From Paecilomyces variotii (lineage: Eukaryota): DNA of 64,000 nucleotides. Of this stretch, positions 1-11,967 are shown piece by piece (position 1 is the first letter of the stretch; the number at the start of each line of letters is the position of its first letter). A program made the position numbers and the translations under genes. The notes below the pieces were generated by a model. That model saw only the letters and a program-made list of their open reading frames with translations. It made no database searches and was not told the DNA's origin. Location: NCBI GenBank assembly GCA_004022145.1, contig RCNU01000001.1. One strand, given 5' to 3'.

Positions 1-1611
1 CAGAGCCCGTCGGGAATAATGGACGAAGTGTCAGAACCAGGGGCAGATGCTTAACTAAGTTAACTGTTTCATATATTCATATTTTATTATTATTATTATC
101 TTGATATGGCGGACGGTTGGACAAGTGGAATATCTAGAGCGATATCAGATTGAGCATCGAACTCTAATCCTAATATCTCAGCTACATTATCATGAATATA
201 ATAACTAAAATCGATTTACAGTACTACTGCTAGAGTACCATACTGTTGACTACCTAGGTAGTCAGTAGTAGTCACTGCTATACCATACTCGACTAACTAG
301 CTAGTTATAACTAATAACTATGTACTCTACTGGAATAGTAATCCTCCATCCTCCATTACGAGCCCGTTGCCCTCCGGGACCGGCTTCTGGGCCTTCCGGG
401 CGTCTTGTACGGAGTAGTCTTCGATCTGTTCTCCTCTAGCTGATTATGGGTCCGTTCAGTTCTATCTGGTTAGTCTAGTTGAATCTAGTCAGTCCAGACT
501 CCAGGCACGGCGGGATACAAGCTGGGTGCGTTACGTGTTGCGCCCCCCGTCACGTGGAGGATGGGTCATCAGGGTCAATACCAGAACATCATCAGAAATA
601 TAACCAGCGTTGAGTAATTATATTCCAGGAGAATTCAAGTGCTGCTAGAATAATTTATCTGGTGCAGTTTATTAGTTGATAACCATTAACGCAACTAGAG
701 TATCTACTCGAATTATGCAGTGTTGCTGTCGCGACCTGGTAATAATAATTGACACTCCACATCCCAGGGATATATAAATAGTTAACACACACACCCCGGA
801 GTAGTGGAGACCAAATGTATATCATTATGCGAACTTCCTGACAGGGCAACACCCTTCCATTCTCCCCCCATCTTATACAATCGCTAATCCTTTATACTCA
901 CGAACCATACCCTGCTGATCAATGCGGCAATTTCCTGGTCACGTCATACCTGCCTCGACCTGGTTAGAAGGTCGGAGGCCCTCTATCTGATCGTAGTGGA
1001 AGATAAACTAGACCACCCAGAACTGCGCAGCGACGACGATAAAGTAACCCGTAACTGACAAGTACAGAGTTATGGTACAGTACAAACACCCTCAGCCATT
1101 ATTCAGATACATGAACTCACGGGAACGGCCAAAGTTCGGCCTCCACCAACGACGAGATCTACACTACACCAACCCCCTACTATTTCTGGGTTGATAGTCA
1201 TACTTACCTGCAATTCTCGATACTCACTACTGAATCAAAAAAAAAAAAAACACTCTACTGGAACTTAAGAAGAGAACAAAATTGAACGGAAAAAAGAGAG
1301 AATTCCCATTTCGCATCCTACAGCTTCTGCTCCAGAGAGAGTACCAAGCTGACCAACACAATAGACATGTCCCGTTGCAAGACCCACCACATGACGCCGC
1401 CCATACCAACTTTGTCAAAAAACACAAACTAATCACACTGACATCCCAGAAGTAGCCGCAGCATTATAATAAGCACGAGAGAAAAAAAAAGAAAAAGAAC
1501 AAGGACCAAAAAAAAAGTTACAAGCCGAAGGAGACAGCAGCAAAACACGCCGCGGACGAGACATTAAAACCAAGTCAAATCAAAGACACATCATGAACGA
1601 CGGTGGCATCT

Positions 1612-2901
1612 TCATGCCTCCTTCTTCTCGGTCGATGCGGCCTTCTTCCTGGGCGCAGCCTTCTGAGCCGCGGGCTTAGCAGTCGTCTTCGTGACGCGGC
1701 CGGACTTGGTCTTGCCAAGCACCTTGGGCTGCTCAACAACGGCGGGAGCCTACTTCGATGTCAGTTAGTGATCCAAAACGGCGTGGGTATCGCAATGGCA
1801 ACATACCGCGGTAGAAGCCTTGCGAGGCTTAGCAGTGTTGGCCTTGGGCTTCGCGGCAGCCTTCTTCGGTGCACCGGCCTTCTTGGTCGTCGACTTGGCA
1901 GGCTTCTCGGCCTTCTCAGTCTTCTCGGTCTTCTCAGTCTTCTTGGTGCTGGCCTTCTTAGCAGCAGGCTTGGCGGCAGTCGCCTTCTGGCCATGCATGA
2001 GCAAATGTTCAAATACTGAGAATAGAGAAGAAGTAACTCACCTTGGCAGCAGGCTTAGGAGCAGGCTTGGCGGGCTCCTTCTTGGCCAGCTTCACGGGGC
2101 CAGAGGGACCTGCGGGTGGTCGCATCAGCATCGTGGATCGGAATGAAGAATGCGAATCGCAGGGGAGACGCGTAATGGCGCACTGAAGAATACAGTTGCA
2201 AGGACATTGAGATGCCTCAGATGGCGCGAAAAAAAAAGACGAAGAAAGCGAGATACGTACCCTTGGGCTGGGTGAACTCGCCCTTCTCAACACCGACCTT
2301 GATGGCCTTGTTGAACTGGGCGTCGAACGCGGCCTGCGACGTGATGTTGATCTTGTTGTTGTTCTGCACATACTTCTTGATAGATTGACGGCTATCAAGC
2401 AAAACAAGACGTGACGTTAGTCTCGAAAATCGACACAAAAAAGCGCGCGTCCGGATGATGAACGGATTGGACGGGACTCGCGACCGGCACACCAGATACG
2501 GAGAGAAATCTTACCTGCTACCGTTGCGCTCTTTGAGCTGAATCAAAGAAAAAAAAAAATTAGCCAAGAGAAGCGACAAGATGACGCGACCAACGGCACG
2601 ACGCTGGATAGACTCTGAAGCAGGGCATGTCCCATTCCGGGAGTCGAGCTTGAGCTAGTACCCGGCGCCGACCGTGAGAAGTCGCTTAGGCGCGAAGCTG
2701 ATTAACTTACGCTGAGGATAGCATCCTTGATCATATCTATATGGATCGAATCAGCGCTGATTCGCGATCGAAACGATACCAGCATCGCCGCGACGCGACG
2801 TTGTGATGCAGAAAGATCAGGAGATACGTACCTCTGTAGGAAGAGTGGGTGGCGCCCGACGTCTTCTTGGACGCGCCGGTGGAAGCCTTCTTGGGCGGCA
2901 T
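1612..2901 (-). CDS. hhoA: Histone H1 (linker histone), 7 exons / 6 introns
   Basis: Spliced reading MPPKKASTGASKKTSGATHSSYR/DMIKDAILS/LKERNGSS/RQSIKKYVQNNNKINITSQAAFDAQFNKAIKVGVEKGEFTQPK/GPSGPVKLAKKE gives the H1 globular domain. A K/A/P-rich tail follows, ending EKKEA-TGA. All introns GT..AG. Confidence 0.95.
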
Positions 2902-3063
2902 TGTGAATTAGATTTGAGCTGGGGTTAATAGATAAGAAGAGCGACTGTTGAAGATCGATAACAGATGTCGAGATCGAAGAGGATCGGTGGAGTTGTTGGA
3001 TGGCAGAAGCAAAAGGTCAGTCTGAAGACGGAAGGGGAGGGCCAGGACCGCGGGGCAGCGCGA

Positions 3064-3069
3064 TTTATA
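3064..3069 (-). promoter_or_regulatory. TATA box of the histone H1 gene
   Basis: TATAAA on the minus strand about 160 nt upstream of the H1 ATG. An ACGCGT (MCB-like) site lies at 3270-3275. Confidence 0.5.
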
Positions 3070-5442
3070 GGGCAGCGGGTGTTGACACAGGATCACTCAC
3101 ACCCGTCAGTTTCCAACAGAGCACGCGCCGGACCCCGGGGCCCCCCTCAACAGTTCGGTCGTGGCTCGTTAGATTAGACAGAAAATGGGAATGAATGATA
3201 TTGTCCGTGCTTCTTCCCCTGGTTCACGTTCTGTTTTTCCTTTTCCGTATTCGCAACTGCTATCCAGTTACGCGTTCCTCTTAACCTACGCTGTGAGCTA
3301 TAGCTCCTCTACTTAGTCCATGCTCCCGCCTCGAGCCATCCAACACACACCATCCGTCCACATTCCCATTGATTATAATATTCTTCACAATTAATCCATT
3401 GGCAGATTAACCTACCATTTATCTAATACCACGAATCATACTCAATCTTCACCGCGCAGCGTACAGTTTCAACCTTGTCAACAGCCCATCCGAAGCCAGC
3501 CCATCTTTCTCACTCTGCCAACTCATCAGGGGGCCAGCACTTTAGTTGCCATTCCCCCTTCGAAACGGAGTCTAAAAAAATCCAGTTTCATCTTTCCAGA
3601 GGCAGACGTCCATTTTTCTCTTTTTTTTTCCGTGTGTGTATGCCTACGGAGGACGAGAGGGAAGGATTTGGATCACTGCCTGGTTTTCTATCTTTTTCCC
3701 CATCCATGGATCCATAGATACATATCCGCGTGACCCCCCATCCCGTAGTATTTCGAAAAGAAAGCAGCTGATTCGATCTTCGCTTAACTTTGTACTTTAT
3801 TATTCTTCTGGATCCAGAAGATCATGAGTAAGTAGATAAGTAAGTATATTTATTCGTTCGGGTGGCTGTGTGGAGCTTTCATGATCGTTGTCGTGTCATG
3901 TGGCAGGCTATATATATTTATTTAACTACTCCTATCTACTTTTACTCAACTCTGGAGCAACTTCGCTCCCATTTCCCATTACACGCGGAAACAATCCTCA
4001 TTGGACAGAAAGGGAAAAAGATAATGAGCTAGAATGAGAAATTGACAGGTCAACTGAGGGATAATAATAATCAAGCTAAGTGCCTCTGGGAGTCTGGGAG
4101 GAATGCTTGGCTACTTATCTCTCTTCCCTACTTACCGAGTACGTAGTAACTATTACATACATCGTAGAGTTACAATTCCAAGTCTGTGCTTTACTTGCTT
4201 GTTTCATGCAGGATTAAAAGCATTTATACCTGCAGAGTTGGATGGACTTAAATGACAAGGAAAGGAGCTACTCTAGGTAAATAAGCGGAGCCAGCCAGCT
4301 ATGTTGCGTGCTGCGCGTCGTGACTCGTGACTCGTGAAAAAGTGAGAAGGGCAGAGAGGTATATCAGCAGTGAAGTAAAATAGAGTATGAATTACTCAGT
4401 AGTTAGATGGTGCTAGCTATTTCAACATCAACCGCCAACGCATACTTAAGAGGGCTGAGCGCGCTGATTTGGTAGCGTGTAAGTAATCACCTCCCTTCTA
4501 TCGAGTCGATTTCTTTGACCTTTAAACAATTTGATTTATCGATAACGTAACTGGGCGATAACTAACTAGAGACTTGATTTTAGCTTGGGGCGAAGAGCAG
4601 CTCCGGGGGGCTGGACCGCTTCTGGTGCAGAAAAGGTGATCTGATCTGATCTGATCGTGCTTCCCTCCGAATCCTCAAATCAAGCATCACATCATCGATC
4701 TAGTAAATCATCGCTGATTTCCACGCCCTTGGGTTGCATATTATGTCCCAGACACGAATATCGAGTCCATTACGATATGTTTGTATTATCTTAGATCGAT
4801 TTGGATCTCCTAATATGTATTTCATTTCGTGATCCGTAGTTCTAGAATTTCTGTGGAGACTTCATTGGGGAAGGGAAGTATATGGATGCTTTCGATGCAT
4901 GACAGGTTCGGTTGCTGCCACTTTTGAATATGGATACTCCACCACGATCGAGGGCAGCATGAAGCCTATTTCCTGATGAAATCGATACTGGAGAATTTCG
5001 TAAAGGGGATTACATGAGGTATAATTCTTTATGTGCTATAAGATCACGCCTCGAGTTGCTGATTAGTGCCGAATATGGTTGCTGATCCTAGACGCAAATC
5101 AAGTCCGGGGCCTTTAATTTTTTGCAGGAGGGCTCATTTGAACAGTATAGGATGAATTAAATATCGACTCTGTGTACATTTTCCATCGTGTAGAGAATAA
5201 GTTGCACATGCTCTGCATGTCCACTACGACGCGCAGCTGTCGGATCCGATCCGCAAGCGTCGTTCTCTAGCTCAAACGAAAATCATCCGACCGCACGCAA
5301 TTAAACAGAACGCCAGTCCCAACCGCTATGCATCAAACCTATATGGCAAATTTTGGCCATCGTATTTTTTTTTTTGGTTTGGCTTTTATCGCCCCGTTGG
5401 TATCATCTTTGGTCTTTTGTAGTTGGAAATCTTGCCAACAGC

Positions 5443-6914
5443 TTAAGCTGTGCCTCGAGGCTTGGCCTTGGCCTCCCTCTTAGCCTTGGCTTCTTCCTTC
5501 TTGCGCTTCTTCTGCTCCTCGAGCTTTTCCTCGTGTTTGCGCTTCAGGTTTGCCTTTTCCTCATCTGTTCGAGCAACGGGCTTAAAGAAACCCTCCAGAC
5601 GTGACTGTTGTGCCGTCTTCAGATTCTTCTGCAGCTTAGCGGCGGCGTTGCGGACCCGGTCTTCGCTGAAGCCCTTGTCCTTCACTAGGAAGTCGACCAG
5701 ACCCTCAACATCCGGGTTTTCCCATTTGAAATCGCAGTCTGGATGATCGGCGGGCCGCACGTCCGGGTGAAGGAAGAGTTCCCGCGCGTCCTGATAAGGC
5801 CAGTGCTCGGGAACGACATACTTCTTCTTGGGGTCCTTCTCGAAACTCTCGAGGACCTTCTCTAGGCTGCCATGCTCCCGAATCAACTTCAGCGCCGTGT
5901 TTGGCCCTACTTTCGGGATAGGTTCCAAATAATCACAACCGAGCAAGATACAGAGATCGACGAACTGTGCAAACAACGTCAGCGCCTGCGGATTACGGCT
6001 GCGTAACGCAAAGCTTACCTGCTCCCGGGACATATCCATGCCCTCGAGCACGCGCGATAGATGGATCTCCTGGATGGGCTCCTTTCTCTGTTCACTGAAA
6101 GTAAGATGTCGCAGTAAGATTGGCGCTTCAAAGCACAGAGTATCCATATCCTCAGATGCAGCCGCGTAGACCTTTCCCGCTCGCGCTAGGACCGCACATT
6201 GCGCCTCTGCTTCAGTCGGAGCATCGATGTAAGGGACACCCATGAGCTTCAATAGCTTTTTGCACTCTGCATTGTGCTCCCTCGTGACACGGACTGTCCG
6301 TCTCGAGAACTTCTCGATATCCTCAGCCGTACCGGTTTCTTTGGCTTCTTCATGGGCTTCCGTGGCTTCGGCCTTGCGCGCGGTGCGCTTCGCCAGTTCT
6401 CCCGACTTGAGTTTGGGCGGCGCGCCATCGAAGACATAAAGTGGCTTGATGCCATTATCGACCATCCGGAGAGTGCGGTAGAACATGCCCATCAGATGCG
6501 ACGTCGTCTCGCCGGTATCGCTCATGAGCTGCTGGCCATCTGAGCGGACAGCGATGAGGAAACTGTAGATACTCATCGACCTGCTCCCAGTTAGTATATA
6601 GGATGCCAATTGTGAGTTGTTTCCGGTCGTTTAACACATACGCATCCTACGAGTCGCGGATCTGTTAGCCAGATATTTACCCAACAAAGCTTCAAAAGAC
6701 ATAACTTACAATTGCGACCTTCCGGCCGAAATGATTCTTGATTTCACCTGCCTTGATGGCATCTGGCGCGTTCTCCGCGATGACTTGGTAAAGATCTGGC
6801 GGCTCGTGTTAGCGTCTTCTGACCTCATCAGCAAACCAGTGGTGGTTTGCGACTCAGGTGGAATGATGCTTGCGGTGAAGAGAGAGAGAGAGAGTTCATA
6901 CGTTTGATACCCAT
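5443..6914 (-). CDS. fen1: Flap endonuclease 1 (Rad27/FEN1), 5 exons including a 5-nt microexon
   Basis: Spliced N-terminus [43 protein letters not shown] motifs [20 protein letters not shown] and LLGCDY. PIP box QSRLEGFF and a basic tail. Confidence 0.96.
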
Positions 6915-7358
6915 CTTGCCCAACCTGGAAGAATCCCACGATTGCTCAGTCTAGGTTGTAGAAGACCCAATGTGGACGGAACAGATGAGGATGGGTTGGT
7001 CGAGACGCGCTCCCAGCTCGAGACCTCACGTCGTCGCGCGCATCCAGGCAGCGTCTATTAAACCCGAAGCGGACTAGCGCCAGACGCGATCAACACGTGA
7101 TGTTCTCCGCGAGCAGCTAGACAGTAGACTAGACTAACTAACATATTTCTACTCCATATTATTTTAGAGCCGGCTTGCCAAGGCTGCGGCTTCACCCCGC
7201 TCCATGCCGCTAAGCTTCAGGTCTGGCTCTCTGGTCGGGACAATATGAGTCTGCTCTCTTGAGCCTCTCCGGGCTGGTCACGACCCCGCTCCTCTCTTGC
7301 AGTGCAAACCGATGTGGATTGTGGCCCTGCAGCAGCGGGGGACGAGCTCTTGACCATC

Positions 7359-9736
7359 ATGAAGCGCAGTCGCATCCAGTTCGAGCACAATGGAGGAGAT
7401 ACCTCGTCCGCCTCTCCTACGAATGGTACCTCTCGTTCAATGTCGGTACATGTTCCGAAGATTTCGCGCAAGATTCGTGCCTGTACGGAATGTAAACGCC
7501 ATAAAGTTCGATGTGACATGAAAGCCAATGATGCCATATGCCAGAGATGTCAGCGCATGGGGCTAGAATGCGTGGTCAATAAGAGTCTACAGACGCTTCT
7601 CGATGATGAGGCAGAGTAAGTCGGCTGGACCTTGTTGGAGTGATATATAGCCGATTGGACGAATGTTATCTGACGTATATTGCTTGGTGCAGGTGGAAGA
7701 CGATGATCGAACTGGCCATGACAGATCTGCTGAGGAAAGCGCAATTACCAGAATTATCATACTATCAGGCCGGTGGAGGGACCACGCAGGATCCCTCCAG
7801 GTCGAGAGACCGGAAGTTATCAACAGTATCGCCTAGAGATGGTGGAGCGTCCTACCCGACCCACGAGGGGACCGACTCTGTTGGCACAAGTGTGGATGAA
7901 GCCCAGCAGCAAGGTTTCTCAAGTTCACGAGGACAGCCGCGATACTCCCCCGATCGGGAAGAAACAGGAGCATCATCGCTAGTAACTGCACCTATGGGGA
8001 GCCTTTTTGAAGTAACCCAGTTGAGCCGTCCTCGGGCGAACTCCCCGGGATGTCAATATGCGCCGGACCGCGCACTCGTTACAGATTTCATATCGCGTGG
8101 AGTGGTTGATCTGGCAGAAGCTGAGGAGCTGTTTTACTATTTCGATAGGTTATTGAATCACTATCTGTGGGATGGCATCGCTATGCCTCACAAAGACCTT
8201 ACCTCGGCCCGAAGATCTTCGTCATTGCTCTCAGCTGCCATCCTCACAGTCACAGCTCTCCATATCCCCAACAAAGAACGAACCTTTGACACATGCTACA
8301 CCGAGTTTGCGAAGTTGGCATCGGATTCGATGCTTAGCAGGCATCATACATTTGACGACCTTCGCGCATTGTGCATTGGAGCATTTTGGCTATCAGACGT
8401 CAGCTGGAAACTCTCCGGCTACGCTGTGCGGATTGCTACAGAGCGCAACTTGCATCAGTGCTACCGCAAGGCAGTGCAAGGATCTCCAGAACACCGAGAA
8501 CAGGCCGGTCTGTGGTATCTTCTCTATGTAAGGATTGTGGGAAAGCTATCATGATGTGCGGTACCATGGATGCTGATTCGTACCAGGTTCTCGAGCATCA
8601 CTTTTCAATTGCTTACGGACGGCCACCGATTATACATGAAGATTCTACCATCACTAACCATGATACATTTACCCGTTCCCCGACAGCTACCCAGTCTGAT
8701 ATGCGCCTGCATAGCCAGGTTGCCCTGTTTATTGTACTAACTCGAATATATCATGCATTTGGCCCTGACGTTGAACTCGAGGTTGCGGAGGAAGACCTGC
8801 CAAAAATCGAGAAATTCGATGCTGACTTGGAGAACTGGCGAGCAACATGGCTGCCACGTCTCGGTACGTTCAGTCATCTATTTGGATTGGATATGTTCTA
8901 ATTCAGCAATAGGCGACAGTCCATATGTTGGTGCATATCCCCACAAGGCTGTATACTTGCACTACCATTTCTCCCGTCTTACATTGAATTCGCTCGCCTT
9001 GCGCACTTACCAAGCTTCGACATCCACACGGAGGATGTCCTCAGAACGTAAGAAGCACGCAAACATTGCCATCAGCTCTGCAATATCAACGCTCAACGTT
9101 GTTCTGGATGAGCCGGACATTCAGAGATCTCTAGTCGGCGTTCCTCTATATTTGCATAGTATGATCACATTTGCTGCTGTTTTCCTCTTGAAGATCGCTG
9201 TCAAAGGCTGTTCAGCCAGCATCCCTGGGTGTCCTGGCCAGCAGAACTCCATTGCGTCTGCTGGCCTGCTCATCGATGTCCCATACGTTGAGAGCCTTGT
9301 TGAGCGGACCGTGAACATGATGATATCCTGCAGTGAACGTGCAAGCGAGCGCCATGTTAGTCACCATATAGCCCGAGGGTTGGGGAAGATGCTCTCTGGA
9401 TTCCGGGAATGGGATAAACGGGACCCCGGTCACCGGCAGCGCAAACAGCTGTCCTGGTCTCAGGAATCACCGTCGCTTTTCAAACCAGTGGCTATACCTG
9501 AGATCCAGACACTTGGAGAACGTGGAACCATCCTTACCCATCCCTCGCCACTATTGGGAGTTGCTCCTCTTTCGGCCGAACGAACCAATGGCTCTCAAAC
9601 AGCTCCGTTGGGTGGCCACCAAGGTGGTCTATCCGAGGGCTCTCAAGATCCCATGATGGCTGACCTCTGGGGATTCGACGAAGAATACTTCCCCACCGGG
9701 GTGTTTGATTTCCTACAGTCGCAGATGCCCGCATGA
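7359..9736 (+). CDS. Zn(II)2Cys6 transcription factor with fungal-specific TF domain, 4 exons
   Basis: ACTECKRHKVRCDMKANDAICQRCQRMGLEC binuclear cluster, then a middle homology region (LWYLLY/VLEHHFSIAYGRP). Introns at about 7616-7692, 8528-8586 and 8864-8906/8912. Acidic C-terminus. The start ATG at 7359 is inferred. Confidence 0.88.
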
Positions 9737-11967
9737 GGCATCAAACGTCTCCTCACCTAACTACCGTGAACAACACCGACTCAAATAATATATATATATA
9801 TCATGGTTCTGTGGATTCCATTGCACATTGAGCTCACGCAACAGTGCTGAAATCCTCTCTTTTCGTCTGAAATGTAGAAGGTATGCATGCAGAGTTAGCA
9901 TTGTTTCAACGCAGGGCTGGACGAACGTAACTAATCGAGAGAAGGACGCGTATGCTGGAGCATATCGAACAACTCGATTATCTATCCGATCAACCTGCGG
10001 CAATTGGATTACGGACTCAACTCGAATCGTCCGCAAAGGTCCTCCCCGTTAGGCACGGACCTCGATGGGTCTGTCGCACAGATCTGCATCATGTGTTTCT
10101 CACATATGTCGCTATTGACGGAACAGATCCGAAGGAACCTTTGTATGCTGATGATAGATCTAAGAGTGGCTGCTGTCATCTTCACGATACTATACAGTAT
10201 CTACAACTTACCGAATCGCAGGCCCTTCGAATGCTGCTTTGGCACTGGTTCTCCCTGACTGCCAGAGAGCTTTCCGGCAATAACTGCATTTTGTGAAAAT
10301 AGACAGCTCTCTAGGAGAACTCAAATCCCCAGTATCCCCGCTAGTCGGGATTCTAGGGAGGTATAAACAAGGAATGAATAATTCTCATCATCTTCCGTTT
10401 ACGACAATCTTGCATTTGATGATTGAATCGTTTCGCCGATCAGAATAGTCACTCCGACCGCATGCATCGGCAATTTTAGCTGGATCTCAAACTCGAGGAC
10501 AGTCTAGTAGAATCTGGCATCTCGAGACACCTTCAAGTTGTGCAGCGCGTGGCGTAGAGTTCCCCCCGTAGGTCACCCGCAAAGCTTAGCCTTCTTAAGA
10601 CCGAACTTTCGACGCTGAGTGCAATCCACCGCAGTCCGTCTGATACCCCGAGGGATTAGGTGTTTTGGCCTCTGTCACTCCCTGTTTCAGCAGTTCGCCT
10701 TTTCAGACAGTCACTGAAGCTATTAGTGATTATTATGAACTTGGCATGATCGTTGACAAAGGGGGAATACCAAACCCGGAAACCTCTAGCGCCCCTGACG
10801 ACGCTTGACTACTGCGACCTGAAGCACTCGCCAGACACTGAGGCTCACTCCAACCTCCACCATCTTGGCTTGCCCCTTTGCAGCTCGACTCGAGTTCTCT
10901 TTTCGCCGCAATGGCAGGGATCGCTTGACTGTCCGGTGTTTAAGCTCTATGATGCTACGGCAGATGCGATGCAGTCCTGTGCGAGTTCCTCGGTCAATGC
11001 GCACGAGTTATCGGTGGATTAAATCCGATTATTCCGACCTACAAAGACTGGAAGCCTGTTTGGGTATTCTGTTACGATGTGCAACTCATCACTCATTCAG
11101 AGGGCGTCATTATTCTCGCGACCAGACTGTTATGGCGGAAGCCACCATGATAAGCTCGTTATGCTCTACTCCGCGATGCTCTGCCAGAGCGTCACTCAAC
11201 GCAAAAAGAGAAAACAATCCCAGATTTTGCTACGGAATTATAATCACGATCAAGATCAACCTTTAAGAAAACTAAATATTGTGAGACGAGGCGACCTGTT
11301 TAGTTTCAAGGAAAAGTCCAGCCCACTTTTACGCGCCGAACAAGGGTCGTATCGGTGGATTCGGCAGCAATGGCAGTCTCAGCATGTCGACCAACTAACT
11401 AGCACTGATCCCATGCAAAAGCTTAGCACGGAGAGGAATCTCCTTGGACGAGCACTGGGTGCGCCGTTCGTGGCGCGACTAACTCGACCCCTGTTTTGTC
11501 TGGGCTTGGGGCTTTTTCGTTTCTGAGAAAACGGCTCCAGATCCTTAAGACATCAATGCCCGAGTAATGATCCTTTCTTTTGCCCTCCCTTCTCCGTGTC
11601 CTGTAGTTTCAACCGCTTGATTTGCGGCTAGCTTTTTCGATTTTTCTTTTACCCAGCCCTTTCTATCGTTACTTTTGTCGGCCGGGGCCCTTTTTTTCGT
11701 TTCTTGTATTCCTCTTCGGATATTGTGCTGGCACCAAGTTGGTAGGTAGCGCCGTGCAGATTGCTAAGGGATTCTCAGGCTGATCGACGGGGATACAGTC
11801 CTAGTCACCAACTTCTTTAATTTATCTTCTTTTTGTTCATGTCGAGCCTCAAGCTGGCTTTGAGACTCGTTTGATTATTCTTCACGAAGCCAAATAGCGC
11901 TGCGATCTTGTGGCCATATTCTTAATATTCCGACTACACGGCATTGATTAATTGAACGACGGGAACG

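Noticed and set aside
4441..4462. CTTAAG..GGCTGAGCG resembles the reverse complement of the internal part of fungal 5S rRNA
   Set aside because: The flanks do not match 5S rRNA and there are no terminal stems, so this is chance similarity.
9761..11526. Several 70-150-aa ORFs between the Zn2Cys6 TF and noxB, and similar ORFs at 22397-23326 and 27066-27789
   Set aside because: No recognisable motifs, coding-like composition or coherent splice pattern. Treated as non-coding.
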